From the sequence record MZ443783.1: 64,000 bases of DNA. One strand, 5' to 3'. Shown here one piece after another: positions 27,079 to 36,306 of the stretch (positions within the stretch are counted from its first letter, which is position 1; each line of letters begins with the position of its first letter). The translations under genes and the position numbers were made by a program. The notes below the pieces were generated by a model. It saw only the letters and a list, made by a program, of their open reading frames with translations. It searched no databases and was not told the DNA's origin.

Positions 27079-27456
27079 ATGATCGTTATATGTAATAGCT
27101 CGAAAGAATTTTCAGCCGACCGTTTGGCTCATGGCGACGCATTTGTTTTTGGGAAGACTCGCATGTTGTTACGTGCGGACTTCATCGTCCTGACAGACAA
27201 AAACAATGCGGTATTCGTAATACGCAAATCTGATGTTGTTTGGTCTCCCGAGCTTACGGGCGCAACGCATGTGATTAAAATCCGGGCGTATGCCCAGGTT
27301 AAGCCGTTTGAACTCAACGCAGCATGTCCGCAGTTTAACAGTCGTGTGTTCGGAACAATCGCGTTTCGTAACCCACACTTTGAGCACCGTCTTGGTAGCT
27401 TGAAATATGTAGAGACAATCTTCGGAGGTTTACATGGCACGGTATCATGTGTTTAG
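27079..27456 (+). CDS. Hypothetical protein
   Basis: GGGGTG RBS-like sequence. Confidence 0.6.
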   Translation: MIVICNSSKEFSADRLAHGDAFVFGKTRMLLRADFIVLTDKNNAVFVIRKSDVVWSPELTGATHVIKIRAYAQVKPFELNAACPQFNSRVFGTIAFRNPHFEHRLGSLKYVETIFGGLHGTVSCV

Positions 27457-27685
27457 TGCGACTCATAAATACTACGGTGAAGCATACGAAGGAACTTGGC
27501 TCAAAGAGATAACTCTCAACGGGCACCAAGTCCTCAACGCAGAGTTCCCTAACTTCGAGGCCGCGAAAGAATGCGCCGACAAGTTGCATGAGGTTTGCGA
27601 TATTGGGTGGATCGTGTATAACGCTTTTTCTGAACGCGCTATGTACGATACCCGCACGGTACAAGGCGAGTCTGTAAAGAACTAA
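27434..27685 (+). CDS. Hypothetical protein
   Basis: GGAGG RBS. Confidence 0.75.
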   Translation: MARYHVFSATHKYYGEAYEGTWLKEITLNGHQVLNAEFPNFEAAKECADKLHEVCDIGWIVYNAFSERAMYDTRTVQGESVKN

Positions 27686-27757
27686 CAGGCCCGCCAGTTA
27701 TCCCTAAACGTGATGCTCACGGGCGTCACACAAATTTTCACAATACGAGGCTATAAA

Positions 27758-28267
27758 ATGAAATTCACCGCAATCGCTATCGCACTGGTTATGTCTGCTT
27801 CCGCTTCCGCTGCAAACTATGTGGCACCAGCTCCTGCTGCTGGCATGAAATCTTCTGGCATGACTATCAGCGACAAGCTGGACGATAGCTGCCAGAAGAA
27901 ACTTAATCAGGCGATCGACCTGCGTCATTCAGTGATTGACTTCGCTGTGTCGAAAGATGCAATCGACACTGTAGCCGCTTGGCCGCTTGTGTGTTCACCG
28001 ACTGTTGAGTCTGCGTCGGTTACTGTTGAACGTATCGGCAGTGACATTACGATCACCTACGTCAATAACGACAAGTCGCTGGCGAATCTTAGCCTCGTGT
28101 TGCAGCGCGTAGAGTCCACTACAGAAGACGATGCACCTGCGTATCAGATCGTTCAGATTGGTGACCTGAATGCTATGGGCTATCAGGAACAAACTGACGT
28201 GAAAGAGTGGCTGCTTGATTGTTATGCGGCTACTGTGCAGGACTACATGGCTGTAGTGAGGAACTGA
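27758..28267 (+). CDS. Putative exported (periplasmic) protein
   Basis: Sec-type signal MKFTAIAIALVMSASASA|A. Confidence 0.75.
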   Translation: MKFTAIAIALVMSASASAANYVAPAPAAGMKSSGMTISDKLDDSCQKKLNQAIDLRHSVIDFAVSKDAIDTVAAWPLVCSPTVESASVTVERIGSDITITYVNNDKSLANLSLVLQRVESTTEDDAPAYQIVQIGDLNAMGYQEQTDVKEWLLDCYAATVQDYMAVVRN

Positions 28268-28572
28268 TGAAAGGAAAGAAGTTAGACGTATTTTTGCAGC
28301 AACGCACGGCAATGAACAAAATCGCGTCCAGCCCGCAAGACTGGGAGACGTACAAAGAAATGCTGTTGAACATACGGCTTGCCGTTGCTGTTGACCCTCG
28401 ACCTGATGCTGCTGTACGCCACTTAGCACGTACATGGCACGCCGAAAAGAAATATGCGCTCCCTGTCTGTCAGGCTACGCTTCTGAAACTGATGACGTTG
28501 AAGAAAGCAAACCAAACGCTTGAAGAAATGATCGCGCTTTACATTGACCTTGAGGAAGGACCGAAGAAATGA
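28267..28572 (+). CDS. Hypothetical protein
   Basis: GAGGA RBS; TGATG coupling. Confidence 0.75.
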   Translation: MKGKKLDVFLQQRTAMNKIASSPQDWETYKEMLLNIRLAVAVDPRPDAAVRHLARTWHAEKKYALPVCQATLLKLMTLKKANQTLEEMIALYIDLEEGPKK

Positions 28573-29762
28573 CCGAAGCTGAAATGAACATCGACCACAT
28601 TCGCAACGCCACGAAATCTATCTTCACTTCTGGCACCGTTCAGCAACGTGACGCTCTGCGTTCAATCGCTAACACTGTACTTGCACCTAACGCCATGTTT
28701 GCGTGTGAAGTCGAGGCGCCTGATGTGGAAACCGCGTATCGTCTGCTGGAAGAAATCAAATTCACTGGTGACGGCACTAACATGCTTCCTGCCGATGAAG
28801 TGTATGCGCTCGATTCCATTCTGAGTAAGAAGTGGAAGAAAGACTTCTTTGAAGCAGTGCGTAATATCGCGCTGACAATGTACTGCACCGACCCGGCTAC
28901 TTCGGGTAAAGGCTTTTGGCCACGCAATCAAGGCGAGTTCAATCAGTTGATCACTCGCGCTTTCGTCTGGGTGTTGGCTCAAGAAGGTCTGAAAAACGTA
29001 TTGAAAGATCCGACTGTCGTTAGCCATACACGTCTGGCTCAATTTATGATCGCAACGCAACTCGTAGGCAAAGACGAACCTAATCTGCGCCACTTCACAA
29101 CGTACCGTCCGTATCAGGACACTGGTGGTGTGAACTGCGACAACATTCTGCCTGAGTCTTATCTCGAACAAATTCGCGCAGAACGCCGTGCAGGCCAGCC
29201 GCCAGAATATGAAGCTGCCAAGAACATGTCGTTCTCTGACCTGGCTGATTTGTGTGAGCGCTTGAACGTCATTGGTCCGGGTTCGACTAAACCCGTAACC
29301 TGTAATTGTGCTGTCGGTGAGCTTTGCGGATGCGAAGAAGACGAATACCAGACGCGTGATGATTTTGACGAAGACCAGGAGGAGTTGCTGGAAGAGTTCT
29401 ATCGTAAATTCGGCTTCCCTCACGATGAAGATGAAGACGAGCCCGAAGAAGAAATCTGGCGTGAAGGTATCTCGCTCATGGAAGTTGAGGTCGACCTGCC
29501 TACTGTGCGTCTGACTCTTCCAGAAGCCGGTGTCCGCAAAGACTCACGCATGAAAAAGCCGATGCAGAAATCTCGCCGTAACAAGATTCTGCTTACGGCT
29601 GAACAACAAATCTGGCACAAGGTTGACACTGACCCTGTGTCCGCAGATCGTCGCTTCGCTATCAGCCTCGTATCTCGTCATACGTGCGGTGTTAGTCGCC
29701 CTGTAGCCACGCAGCGTGAAGCACTGGCAATTGCTGCCGCTCTCGCTGAACTCTGCAAGTAA
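28569..29762 (+). CDS. Hypothetical protein (ends AELCK inside the P6 box)
   Basis: 397-aa ORF with acidic linker. Confidence 0.85.
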   Translation: MTEAEMNIDHIRNATKSIFTSGTVQQRDALRSIANTVLAPNAMFACEVEAPDVETAYRLLEEIKFTGDGTNMLPADEVYALDSILSKKWKKDFFEAVRNIALTMYCTDPATSGKGFWPRNQGEFNQLITRAFVWVLAQEGLKNVLKDPTVVSHTRLAQFMIATQLVGKDEPNLRHFTTYRPYQDTGGVNCDNILPESYLEQIRAERRAGQPPEYEAAKNMSFSDLADLCERLNVIGPGSTKPVTCNCAVGELCGCEEDEYQTRDDFDEDQEELLEEFYRKFGFPHDEDEDEPEEEIWREGISLMEVEVDLPTVRLTLPEAGVRKDSRMKKPMQKSRRNKILLTAEQQIWHKVDTDPVSADRRFAISLVSRHTCGVSRPVATQREALAIAAALAELCK

Positions 29763-29807
29763 CTGGTCAGAATAGCGCTTCTTCGTGGGGCGCTTCTATG
29801 ATATAAT
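29748..29807 (+). promoter_or_regulatory. Promoter cassette P6
   Basis: GAACTCTGCA-N7-GGTCAGAAT; TG-n-TATAAT at 29802 (37 bp). Confidence 0.85.
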
Positions 29808-29873
29808 CATAGATAGAGCAATATCGCTCTCAACGTTTTATCAACCATACGTTTAAACACGGGATTGTCATTT

Positions 29874-30176
29874 ATGTCACGCACTATTTCACGCAAGAAA
29901 GCCTTAGAGTTAATGTCCAAAACTTATAACGCCAAGCACCCTGAATATCTTCCACGCCTGATGGCCGAAGATATGGATTCGAAAGACCTATTCGAATTCC
30001 GTGAAGATGTTGTCGCCCAGATTCGTGCTGGGAAAGATCCCGTTAAGGTTGTTGATGATATGATCGACAACGCAATTCGTGTGACTCTGGTTCGTCGTCG
30101 TTCGAGCAATGATTATAATCCGAAGATTGCCGACGTACTGACTGATGAAATTCGTGACCTGCTTCGTAACCTGTAA
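29874..30176 (+). CDS. Hypothetical protein
   Basis: First gene after P6. Confidence 0.75.
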   Translation: MSRTISRKKALELMSKTYNAKHPEYLPRLMAEDMDSKDLFEFREDVVAQIRAGKDPVKVVDDMIDNAIRVTLVRRRSSNDYNPKIADVLTDEIRDLLRNL

Positions 30177-30184
30177 GGAATAAA

Positions 30185-30736
30185 ATGAAAAGCTACGGTT
30201 ACTTCTACATGTTGAACCATATCGCAATGGCCGTAGACGCACCCAACAAGGAAGTTGGGTTTAAATCAATGGTTGAACTGGATATGTTTAATCGCGCGTC
30301 TATTTTTACTCGACCTGATGCAGAGCCTCGTGCCGCGCAACTCGTCAAAGACCTGACTGCTGCTATCTACCCTGTCGGTGACTGTCACCCGACCGTAGAG
30401 CAACGCATGATGCTGGTGCAAGCGTTGCATGACCAAGAGCTGGAAAAGATTCTTGGTTCGATTCGTTTCTTCGTGCCGTTCGCATACACGAAAGAAGAAC
30501 TGTGCGACACGTTCGGCTTCTTCGACAACGGTGATACGTTGAGCATTCCGTATTTTCTGCGTCACCACTTCATGGACGACCAAGCAGTCTTCTATGACGG
30601 CAAGCTGACCAGCTTCGCGTATTCGTGTACGCACGGCGAAGTGTCGCAGACTGCCAGACAGTATGGCCTGTTCCCTGCATACGCTTACGGTAAGAACGAC
30701 ATACCTGAGCAATTCAAACATCTGCCTCTATTCTAG
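30185..30736 (+). CDS. Hypothetical protein
   Basis: AAGGA RBS. Confidence 0.8.
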   Translation: MKSYGYFYMLNHIAMAVDAPNKEVGFKSMVELDMFNRASIFTRPDAEPRAAQLVKDLTAAIYPVGDCHPTVEQRMMLVQALHDQELEKILGSIRFFVPFAYTKEELCDTFGFFDNGDTLSIPYFLRHHFMDDQAVFYDGKLTSFAYSCTHGEVSQTARQYGLFPAYAYGKNDIPEQFKHLPLF

Positions 30737-30744
30737 GAGACACT

Positions 30745-31209
30745 ATGGGAGTAGTTAAAGGCATAACCGCTACCACGTTCCCTGCACGTGGGCGTGACGA
30801 GGGCCAGAAGATTGCTCTCAAGACTCGCTGGGGAATCTACCCAGCTGTTATCGTGCGTCAAGACAACGACAATCCGTACAACGAGATTTGGAAGATCGAT
30901 GCAAAGAATCTTCCTCGTCGTTACTTTACTGAGGTCGATGACCTGTTCGTGTCTCGCAAGTTCATTGAGAACTATCCGAAGCTCTCGCCTATCTGCGAGA
31001 AAAGCGAGTACGAAGGCAAGTTCGTTGACGTTGTGTTTGACCATGACGTCCAGAACAAATGTGAAGGGATTGTCGTCACACATCGCAATGCTCTGCTGGT
31101 CATTCTGATAACGACAGGTCCGCATGAAGGTCGTTATGTCACAGGCAAAGAATGTCAGTACGCCGTGAAGCCGCGCACGGTTAAGGACCTGATCGATGAA
31201 AACGAATAA
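30745..31209 (+). CDS. Hypothetical protein
   Basis: AGGAG RBS. Confidence 0.8.
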   Translation: MGVVKGITATTFPARGRDEGQKIALKTRWGIYPAVIVRQDNDNPYNEIWKIDAKNLPRRYFTEVDDLFVSRKFIENYPKLSPICEKSEYEGKFVDVVFDHDVQNKCEGIVVTHRNALLVILITTGPHEGRYVTGKECQYAVKPRTVKDLIDENE

Positions 31210-31477
31210 AGGTAATTTCCTTGAGCGCTTGAAGTCCGGCGAAACTTTTTACATGCACATTAGCGGTAAGAAGAAGGGCCAACCACGTCAAGGTGTTTCG
31301 TTAGGCCATGACGCTCGATACAAAGACCTGATGATGGCTATAGGTGGTGTGGCATTCACTCACGGGTATAAGAACGTTCAGGTATCATTTAGTCGCAACA
31401 TCATGGCAGACGCTGATGGTGTTGTGGTGTTTCGTGTTAAACAATCAATCACTGTTAAAGAAGAAAGGACGTACTAA
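31196..31477 (+). CDS. Hypothetical protein
   Basis: AAGGA RBS; TAATG coupling to dut. Confidence 0.75.
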   Translation: MKTNKGNFLERLKSGETFYMHISGKKKGQPRQGVSLGHDARYKDLMMAIGGVAFTHGYKNVQVSFSRNIMADADGVVVFRVKQSITVKEERTY

Positions 31478-32004
31478 TGCAATTCTTAATCAAGCCAGAA
31501 GATCGTTTCCCGAATTTCATCCCGCCTAAACGCGCTACAGCAAAAGCTGCGGGCTTCGACCTGTTCGCGCAGGAAGATATGATCATCACGGGCGACACCG
31601 TGCTGTTCGATCTGGGCTTCCGCACTAAAGTGCCAAAAGACCACGTTGCTATCATCTTCCCACGTAGCGGCCTAGGCGCTAAGTTCCAGGTGCAGTTGGC
31701 AAACACGAACGGTGTTATCGACGCAGACTACACTGGCATCTGGATGGCTGCTCTGCATCTCGGCGGTAAAGGTACGCAGGTGCAACAACTCGACTGGCTG
31801 AGTGCTGCATACGAGCAATCCAGCTTCACCGAAATCCCTGACATTGACGACGACGAAGATCAGAAAGCGTTGTTGATTAAACGCGGTGATGCGTTTGCGC
31901 AGGTGTTGTTCTTCCCTGTGCCAGAAGTCGAAGTGGTTATCACGCACGAACCTCTGCCTGAAACAGATCGTGGTGACGGCGGCTTCGGTTCCACAACGAA
32001 GTGA
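31477..32004 (+). CDS. dut: Trimeric dUTPase with ~30-aa acidic insertion
   Basis: AGFDL, PRSGL, GVIDADYTG, GDAFAQ, RGDGGFGST (motifs I-V). Confidence 0.97.
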   Translation: MQFLIKPEDRFPNFIPPKRATAKAAGFDLFAQEDMIITGDTVLFDLGFRTKVPKDHVAIIFPRSGLGAKFQVQLANTNGVIDADYTGIWMAALHLGGKGTQVQQLDWLSAAYEQSSFTEIPDIDDDEDQKALLIKRGDAFAQVLFFPVPEVEVVITHEPLPETDRGDGGFGSTTK

Positions 32005-32216
32005 TTTACTTCTGGCTGATCTTCGCAGCGTACTACGTTGTCGGCATTGTCGTGTTTGTCCGTGACCTAAAAGAAACGTCCGACGATGTGATGCTGATGC
32101 GCCAGTTCAATGAAGAACTGAACCACATGACCAATCTTGAACTAGTTTGGGATGCGGTAAAACTTTTGCTATTCGTGGTGTTCATCCACATTCCTTGTTG
32201 GATTCTCCGCGTATAG
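32001..32216 (+). CDS. Small membrane protein
   Basis: Two hydrophobic segments; GTG start overlapping the dut stop. Confidence 0.65.
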   Translation: MIYFWLIFAAYYVVGIVVFVRDLKETSDDVMLMRQFNEELNHMTNLELVWDAVKLLLFVVFIHIPCWILRV

Positions 32217-32231
32217 TGACGTTACTCACAC

Positions 32232-32259
32232 GAGGAGCCTTACGTGGGCTCCTCATTAT
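32232..32259 (+). terminator. Terminator-like hairpin
   Basis: GAGGAGCC-TTACGTG-GGCTCCTC; weak U tract. Confidence 0.55.
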
Positions 32260-32274
32260 CGTAATATAAATGCT

Positions 32275-32589
32275 ATGGGAAAGAAAACTTATCTGCTGCC
32301 CCGCGAGCGCCCTAGCCCTCTGCCGAACTTACGTGCCTATCTCGCGTATCTCGCCCGGAAGCCTAACGCTAACCGCGAAGTATTAGAAACGTATTGCAAT
32401 CAGAGTCTGGCCCAAATGCGCCGTGAGCGGTTCTTTGTTGGTAAGCTCTTTGCCTATAAAGTGTATACGAAGTCGAACAAGCTCGCATACACGGTCGTAT
32501 GGATTGACCCATACAACTATGACTGCCTTGTTCTGAATCACCAAAGGAGATGCGTAGAGTTTAAAAATTTATACGGCCTGCTTTTATAG
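32275..32589 (+). CDS. Basic hypothetical protein
   Basis: Tiling; no clear RBS. Confidence 0.65.
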   Translation: MGKKTYLLPRERPSPLPNLRAYLAYLARKPNANREVLETYCNQSLAQMRRERFFVGKLFAYKVYTKSNKLAYTVVWIDPYNYDCLVLNHQRRCVEFKNLYGLLL

Positions 32590-32626
32590 TTAGGTCCTAG
32601 CGCCTTCACACTAGGAGATTCTTCCA

Positions 32627-33307
32627 ATGATAACTGTTCTTAACAATCGTACCGACGAGGTAATGAAACGCCTAAACGTAGCAGTATGGGTTTGTGTTGC
32701 TTTCGCATTTGCTGTTTTAATCGCAGTGTTGAATACGCCCGCTAACGCCAGCATGTCTACAGGCCCTGACAACGCCATTGATATGTCTTCAACCGTGTCA
32801 CTCGATCCCTCCAATCGTGTGGCGACTAAATACAAGGAGATCGAAAAGGCAGTAGCAGTAAAAGACGAACGAAGGCCAAAACGCTATGTAACACGCGAGC
32901 GCCTCCGACAACTCTATGCGCACTTGCCTCATCCAACAGACCTTGGCAAGCAAATTGATTTGGCCGCAGAGAAGTACGGAGTAGACGCAAAACTCGTTCT
33001 CTCCATCTGCGTTTCCGAGTCGCATCTTCGTGCAAAGGTCAGAAACAAGTCTGGCGCAACTGGCTTATGTCAGATTATGCCAGACATGCACGGCCGTTCT
33101 GTTAAAGAACTTCTGGACTACCGAGTCAATGTTGATCAGGCAGCCCAAATCGTAGCGCTACTAAACAAGCAGTGTAAGGGGCGACGCGCTTGCGTCATTC
33201 AGGCTTACAACACTGGTTGGGGAGCATATTTAAAAGGTGTACGTTCACCACAATACTTAGCTAAAGTTCAGACCGAGTATCGCCGCAAGCATACTCCTTC
33301 TTCCTAA
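32627..33307 (+). CDS. SLT-family lytic transglycosylase with N-terminal signal/anchor
   Basis: AAEKYGVDAKLVLSICVSES (catalytic Glu), SGATGLCQIMP, AYNTG; hydrophobic N-terminal helix. Confidence 0.9.
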   Translation: MITVLNNRTDEVMKRLNVAVWVCVAFAFAVLIAVLNTPANASMSTGPDNAIDMSSTVSLDPSNRVATKYKEIEKAVAVKDERRPKRYVTRERLRQLYAHLPHPTDLGKQIDLAAEKYGVDAKLVLSICVSESHLRAKVRNKSGATGLCQIMPDMHGRSVKELLDYRVNVDQAAQIVALLNKQCKGRRACVIQAYNTGWGAYLKGVRSPQYLAKVQTEYRRKHTPSS

Positions 33308-33319
33308 GAGGATATAATA

Positions 33320-33970
33320 ATGAGCATCAATATCGCCGCGCTGTACAAAATGCAATTCCAGTTGTTGAAGCCGCTGTCTCCACGTCAAGAGTTTGCTCTC
33401 GTTGTGCTGCTCTCCGATGACCTGCGTGACGGTGATGTTAAAGCACTGGCAGAAGTAATCATCCGCGACTACCCGCATGTAGGCCGTCTGTATGACGCGT
33501 TCGCTGCGGCTAATCAGTTTGAGAATGCGGTACCGTTCATCGTACCTGTGCTGAACTCCGAAGAAGTGACAGAAGAAATCTTCTGCATTCGTGACCACGC
33601 GCTTGTCGTTGCACCTGAACTGCGTGACCTTCTGAGTCAGGCTCTGGACCGTGTCGAACAGATGCGTGAAAGTCCTGATGAACTGCGTTTCTGCGAAGGC
33701 GCCAAGCCACTTCAACTTGGCTGGTTCATTGATTGTATGCTCGACGCATATAACTGCGGTGTGTTGCCTATGATCGTGCGCCCTACGAAAGACCAGCAAG
33801 CGATGCGTGATGACCGTCTGCTGTCTTTTGAAATGCTGCGTGATAGCAACATGTTCTCTGGAAGTCTTGACTTTACCAAGGCGCTACAGCCGAGCGAACG
33901 TGCTCGTGTTATCGCCCAGCAGTTGTTAGCACGTTTGCGCCATAACTCGCTGCGTGTGGTGACACAATAA
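33320..33970 (+). CDS. Hypothetical protein
   Basis: AGAGGA RBS. Confidence 0.8.
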   Translation: MSINIAALYKMQFQLLKPLSPRQEFALVVLLSDDLRDGDVKALAEVIIRDYPHVGRLYDAFAAANQFENAVPFIVPVLNSEEVTEEIFCIRDHALVVAPELRDLLSQALDRVEQMRESPDELRFCEGAKPLQLGWFIDCMLDAYNCGVLPMIVRPTKDQQAMRDDRLLSFEMLRDSNMFSGSLDFTKALQPSERARVIAQQLLARLRHNSLRVVTQ

Positions 33971-33975
33971 AACCC

Positions 33976-34006
33976 AACGGGAGACCTTAACTGGTTTCCC
34001 GTTTTT
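33976..34006 (+). terminator. Intrinsic terminator
   Basis: AACGGGAGACC-TTAACT-GGTTTCCCGTT then TTT. Confidence 0.85.
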
Positions 34007-34039
34007 CATTTCTGCGCAAATTTTCTAAGGACTACCACA

Positions 34040-34981
34040 ATGACTAAAATGATCAACATGCCGTTCGCCACATCTTCAATTCGTAGCTCTTTCTTCTCTG
34101 CGAAAGTTCGTGAACTCGATCTCCAGAACGTCTGGAGTCACGTTGTATCAAACAACAATCCACAATGGCACGGCGACCCGTTGCTGCACCACATGCACTA
34201 TCATTCTACCGAGCACATGAAGCAAGTAACTGCTCTCGCTCTGTGGCTGCTGAACGAAGAAGCTGAACAGCCGTGGCAGTATGACTTGGGTGCGCTGCCG
34301 CTGGCTGTCGCGTGTATGTTCCACGATATGCACCATTCTCTCGGCCGCTTGAGCGATGCAGTCAACGTGCGTAATGCACAAGACGCTTTCAAACAATATG
34401 TGGCTGTATGTGAAGACCAACGCATTATCGACCAGCAGGAAATCATTCTCGAACTGATAGGCGTTACGGAATTCCCGTACATGAAGAACCGCCAGCCGAA
34501 GAATCTGGTTGAGCGTTGCATTCGTGATGCGGATATTCTTTACGGTATGCAGGACGATGCGCTGGACGTTGTGATGTTCGCACTACGTCGTGAGGTGAAT
34601 CGTGCTGTGAACAAGCCAACACACTTCACGTCAGAACAATGGGCGGCAGGTCGTGTTGACTTCCTCATGTCTGTGGAGATGTATACGCCTACAGCAAACG
34701 CGATCATGGACTGGCTGTTGGCACAAGACAACGATCACAATCATCAGTCTAAGATTGATAGCTGGATGCGGGACAACGTTATCTTCCGCGATACGTCAGC
34801 ACACAAGCTCCAGGCCAATGACGTGTTGTTCATCGACACTGAGGCAGATAGTGCGCCGAAGCGCCGTTTGATCGAGCGTGTTGAGTCAGTACATCCGTAC
34901 ATCAACTTCTACTTCCATGACGGTGAAGCTATCTCGCTGCGTGACGGCGAGAGCTGTGTCGTTTGCGAAAGACGCAAATAA
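34040..34981 (+). CDS. HD-domain phosphohydrolase
   Basis: YHSTEH ... ACMFHDMHH ... IRDADIL (H..HD..D). Confidence 0.85.
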   Translation: MTKMINMPFATSSIRSSFFSAKVRELDLQNVWSHVVSNNNPQWHGDPLLHHMHYHSTEHMKQVTALALWLLNEEAEQPWQYDLGALPLAVACMFHDMHHSLGRLSDAVNVRNAQDAFKQYVAVCEDQRIIDQQEIILELIGVTEFPYMKNRQPKNLVERCIRDADILYGMQDDALDVVMFALRREVNRAVNKPTHFTSEQWAAGRVDFLMSVEMYTPTANAIMDWLLAQDNDHNHQSKIDSWMRDNVIFRDTSAHKLQANDVLFIDTEADSAPKRRLIERVESVHPYINFYFHDGEAISLRDGESCVVCERRK

Positions 34982-35025
34982 TAGGCTGAAATAGACGTAT
35001 ACGAACCACGTGCCTATGATATACT
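34968..35025 (+). promoter_or_regulatory. Promoter cassette P7
   Basis: GCA-N7-GGCTGAAAT; TG-n-TATACT at 35020 (36 bp). Confidence 0.85.
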
Positions 35026-35057
35026 ACGCATAGGCACACATAATAGAGAGAACTCGA

Positions 35058-35762
35058 ATGAAATACTTGAAGCGCATTCATCCAGGTGTGGACGCAAGTC
35101 TGTTTGCAATTAACGGAATCGTAATACCGATGGCTTTCTTCTACATGGACGTCACTGTCCATGATCAGGAGCGCGGTGACAAAGAAATAAAGCTCGGTGT
35201 GCGTATGAATCCACACGTTCCTGTAGAATCCTATCTGCCTGGCGTGGACTACAGAACGTATATTCCAGTGTTGGCCTGCGACCCATCTGATGACGAAGGG
35301 TTCCATACGGAGCTGGGGTTCATTGACATTAACAGTCGCTATGTTGATCTGCATCACCAGAAGCGAACGTATCTTGCTTATCTAGGTTCGTTGCCTGATG
35401 TTGCGGAGTCCGATGTGCGCGACAAACGATATGTATGTCCGATAGACATACGCCAAATACCGCCACATCCTGACATGCCTCAACGTTTCCGCAACACACC
35501 ACGTTACGGCGCAACGATTCGCACTGATTACCTGCGTACCTCTGCCATCGATCAGATCGACGATGAAACGTGGGAAGCGCTGCGCACCATCGACCACGCT
35601 AAAGGTACTACGTGGTCACAGTTTTTAGACGCCGCAACGTCAGGGCGCTTCACGCCACACGATGATCTGTCAGACTGTTTGGAGAACATCGACCACGAGT
35701 ACATGCCTGAGCATATCTTCAAGCGTATTCGTATTGCTCAATTCGAGAAAAGAAGGAACTGA
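35058..35762 (+). CDS. Hypothetical protein
   Basis: First gene after P7. Confidence 0.8.
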   Translation: MKYLKRIHPGVDASLFAINGIVIPMAFFYMDVTVHDQERGDKEIKLGVRMNPHVPVESYLPGVDYRTYIPVLACDPSDDEGFHTELGFIDINSRYVDLHHQKRTYLAYLGSLPDVAESDVRDKRYVCPIDIRQIPPHPDMPQRFRNTPRYGATIRTDYLRTSAIDQIDDETWEALRTIDHAKGTTWSQFLDAATSGRFTPHDDLSDCLENIDHEYMPEHIFKRIRIAQFEKRRN

Positions 35763-35764
35763 TC

Positions 35765-35995
35765 ATGATGCACGATTTGTATAAGGTGAGTGCTATCCTG
35801 TTCTACACGCTAGGCGCTATGGCTTTCCTTGCACATATCGTAGGCTTCATGAAGAACTGGATGAAAATTCAGGAGATGCGCCAGAAGGCAAAAGCGAAAG
35901 CCGCTAAGGTGCGCTCTCCGCTGCAAGACATTAAACGCCGTCTGCGTAAAGCAGAAGAACGCGCACGGCATCGCCCACGTAAACTGAGAGATTGA
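35765..35995 (+). CDS. Small protein with one TM segment and basic tail
   Basis: AAGGA RBS. Confidence 0.7.
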   Translation: MMHDLYKVSAILFYTLGAMAFLAHIVGFMKNWMKIQEMRQKAKAKAAKVRSPLQDIKRRLRKAEERARHRPRKLRD

Positions 35996-36306
35996 TTATG
36001 CCTACTATTAACCGCAACGATGATCTGGAAAAGAAAGTACAACGCGCCCTTGAAATCTGCTGGAATGAAACGGCAAAGAACAACGAAGGTCCAACCACCT
36101 ACGCGTTTCTCGCTTCTTCATTTGCTGCTGATGGTAAGAACTTGTTCGAAGGCGAGTTGAAGATGATCAACGTGATGCTGCGTGATGCAGTGAACATCAA
36201 CATGTATGGTCGCCACGTTGCTACTGTGTACACAAGCAATAAAGGCTTCATGGTAGCATTCCAGCCTGTTGCTGACCTCGAAGATATTGTTGAACTGGAG
36301 TTATGA
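35992..36306 (+). CDS. Hypothetical protein
   Basis: Tiling. Confidence 0.75.
   Translation: MIMPTINRNDDLEKKVQRALEICWNETAKNNEGPTTYAFLASSFAADGKNLFEGELKMINVMLRDAVNINMYGRHVATVYTSNKGFMVAFQPVADLEDIVELEL

Noticed and set aside
32260-32274. T4-type late promoter (TATAAAT)
   Set aside because: A single imperfect copy right before an ATG, not recurrent in the window.
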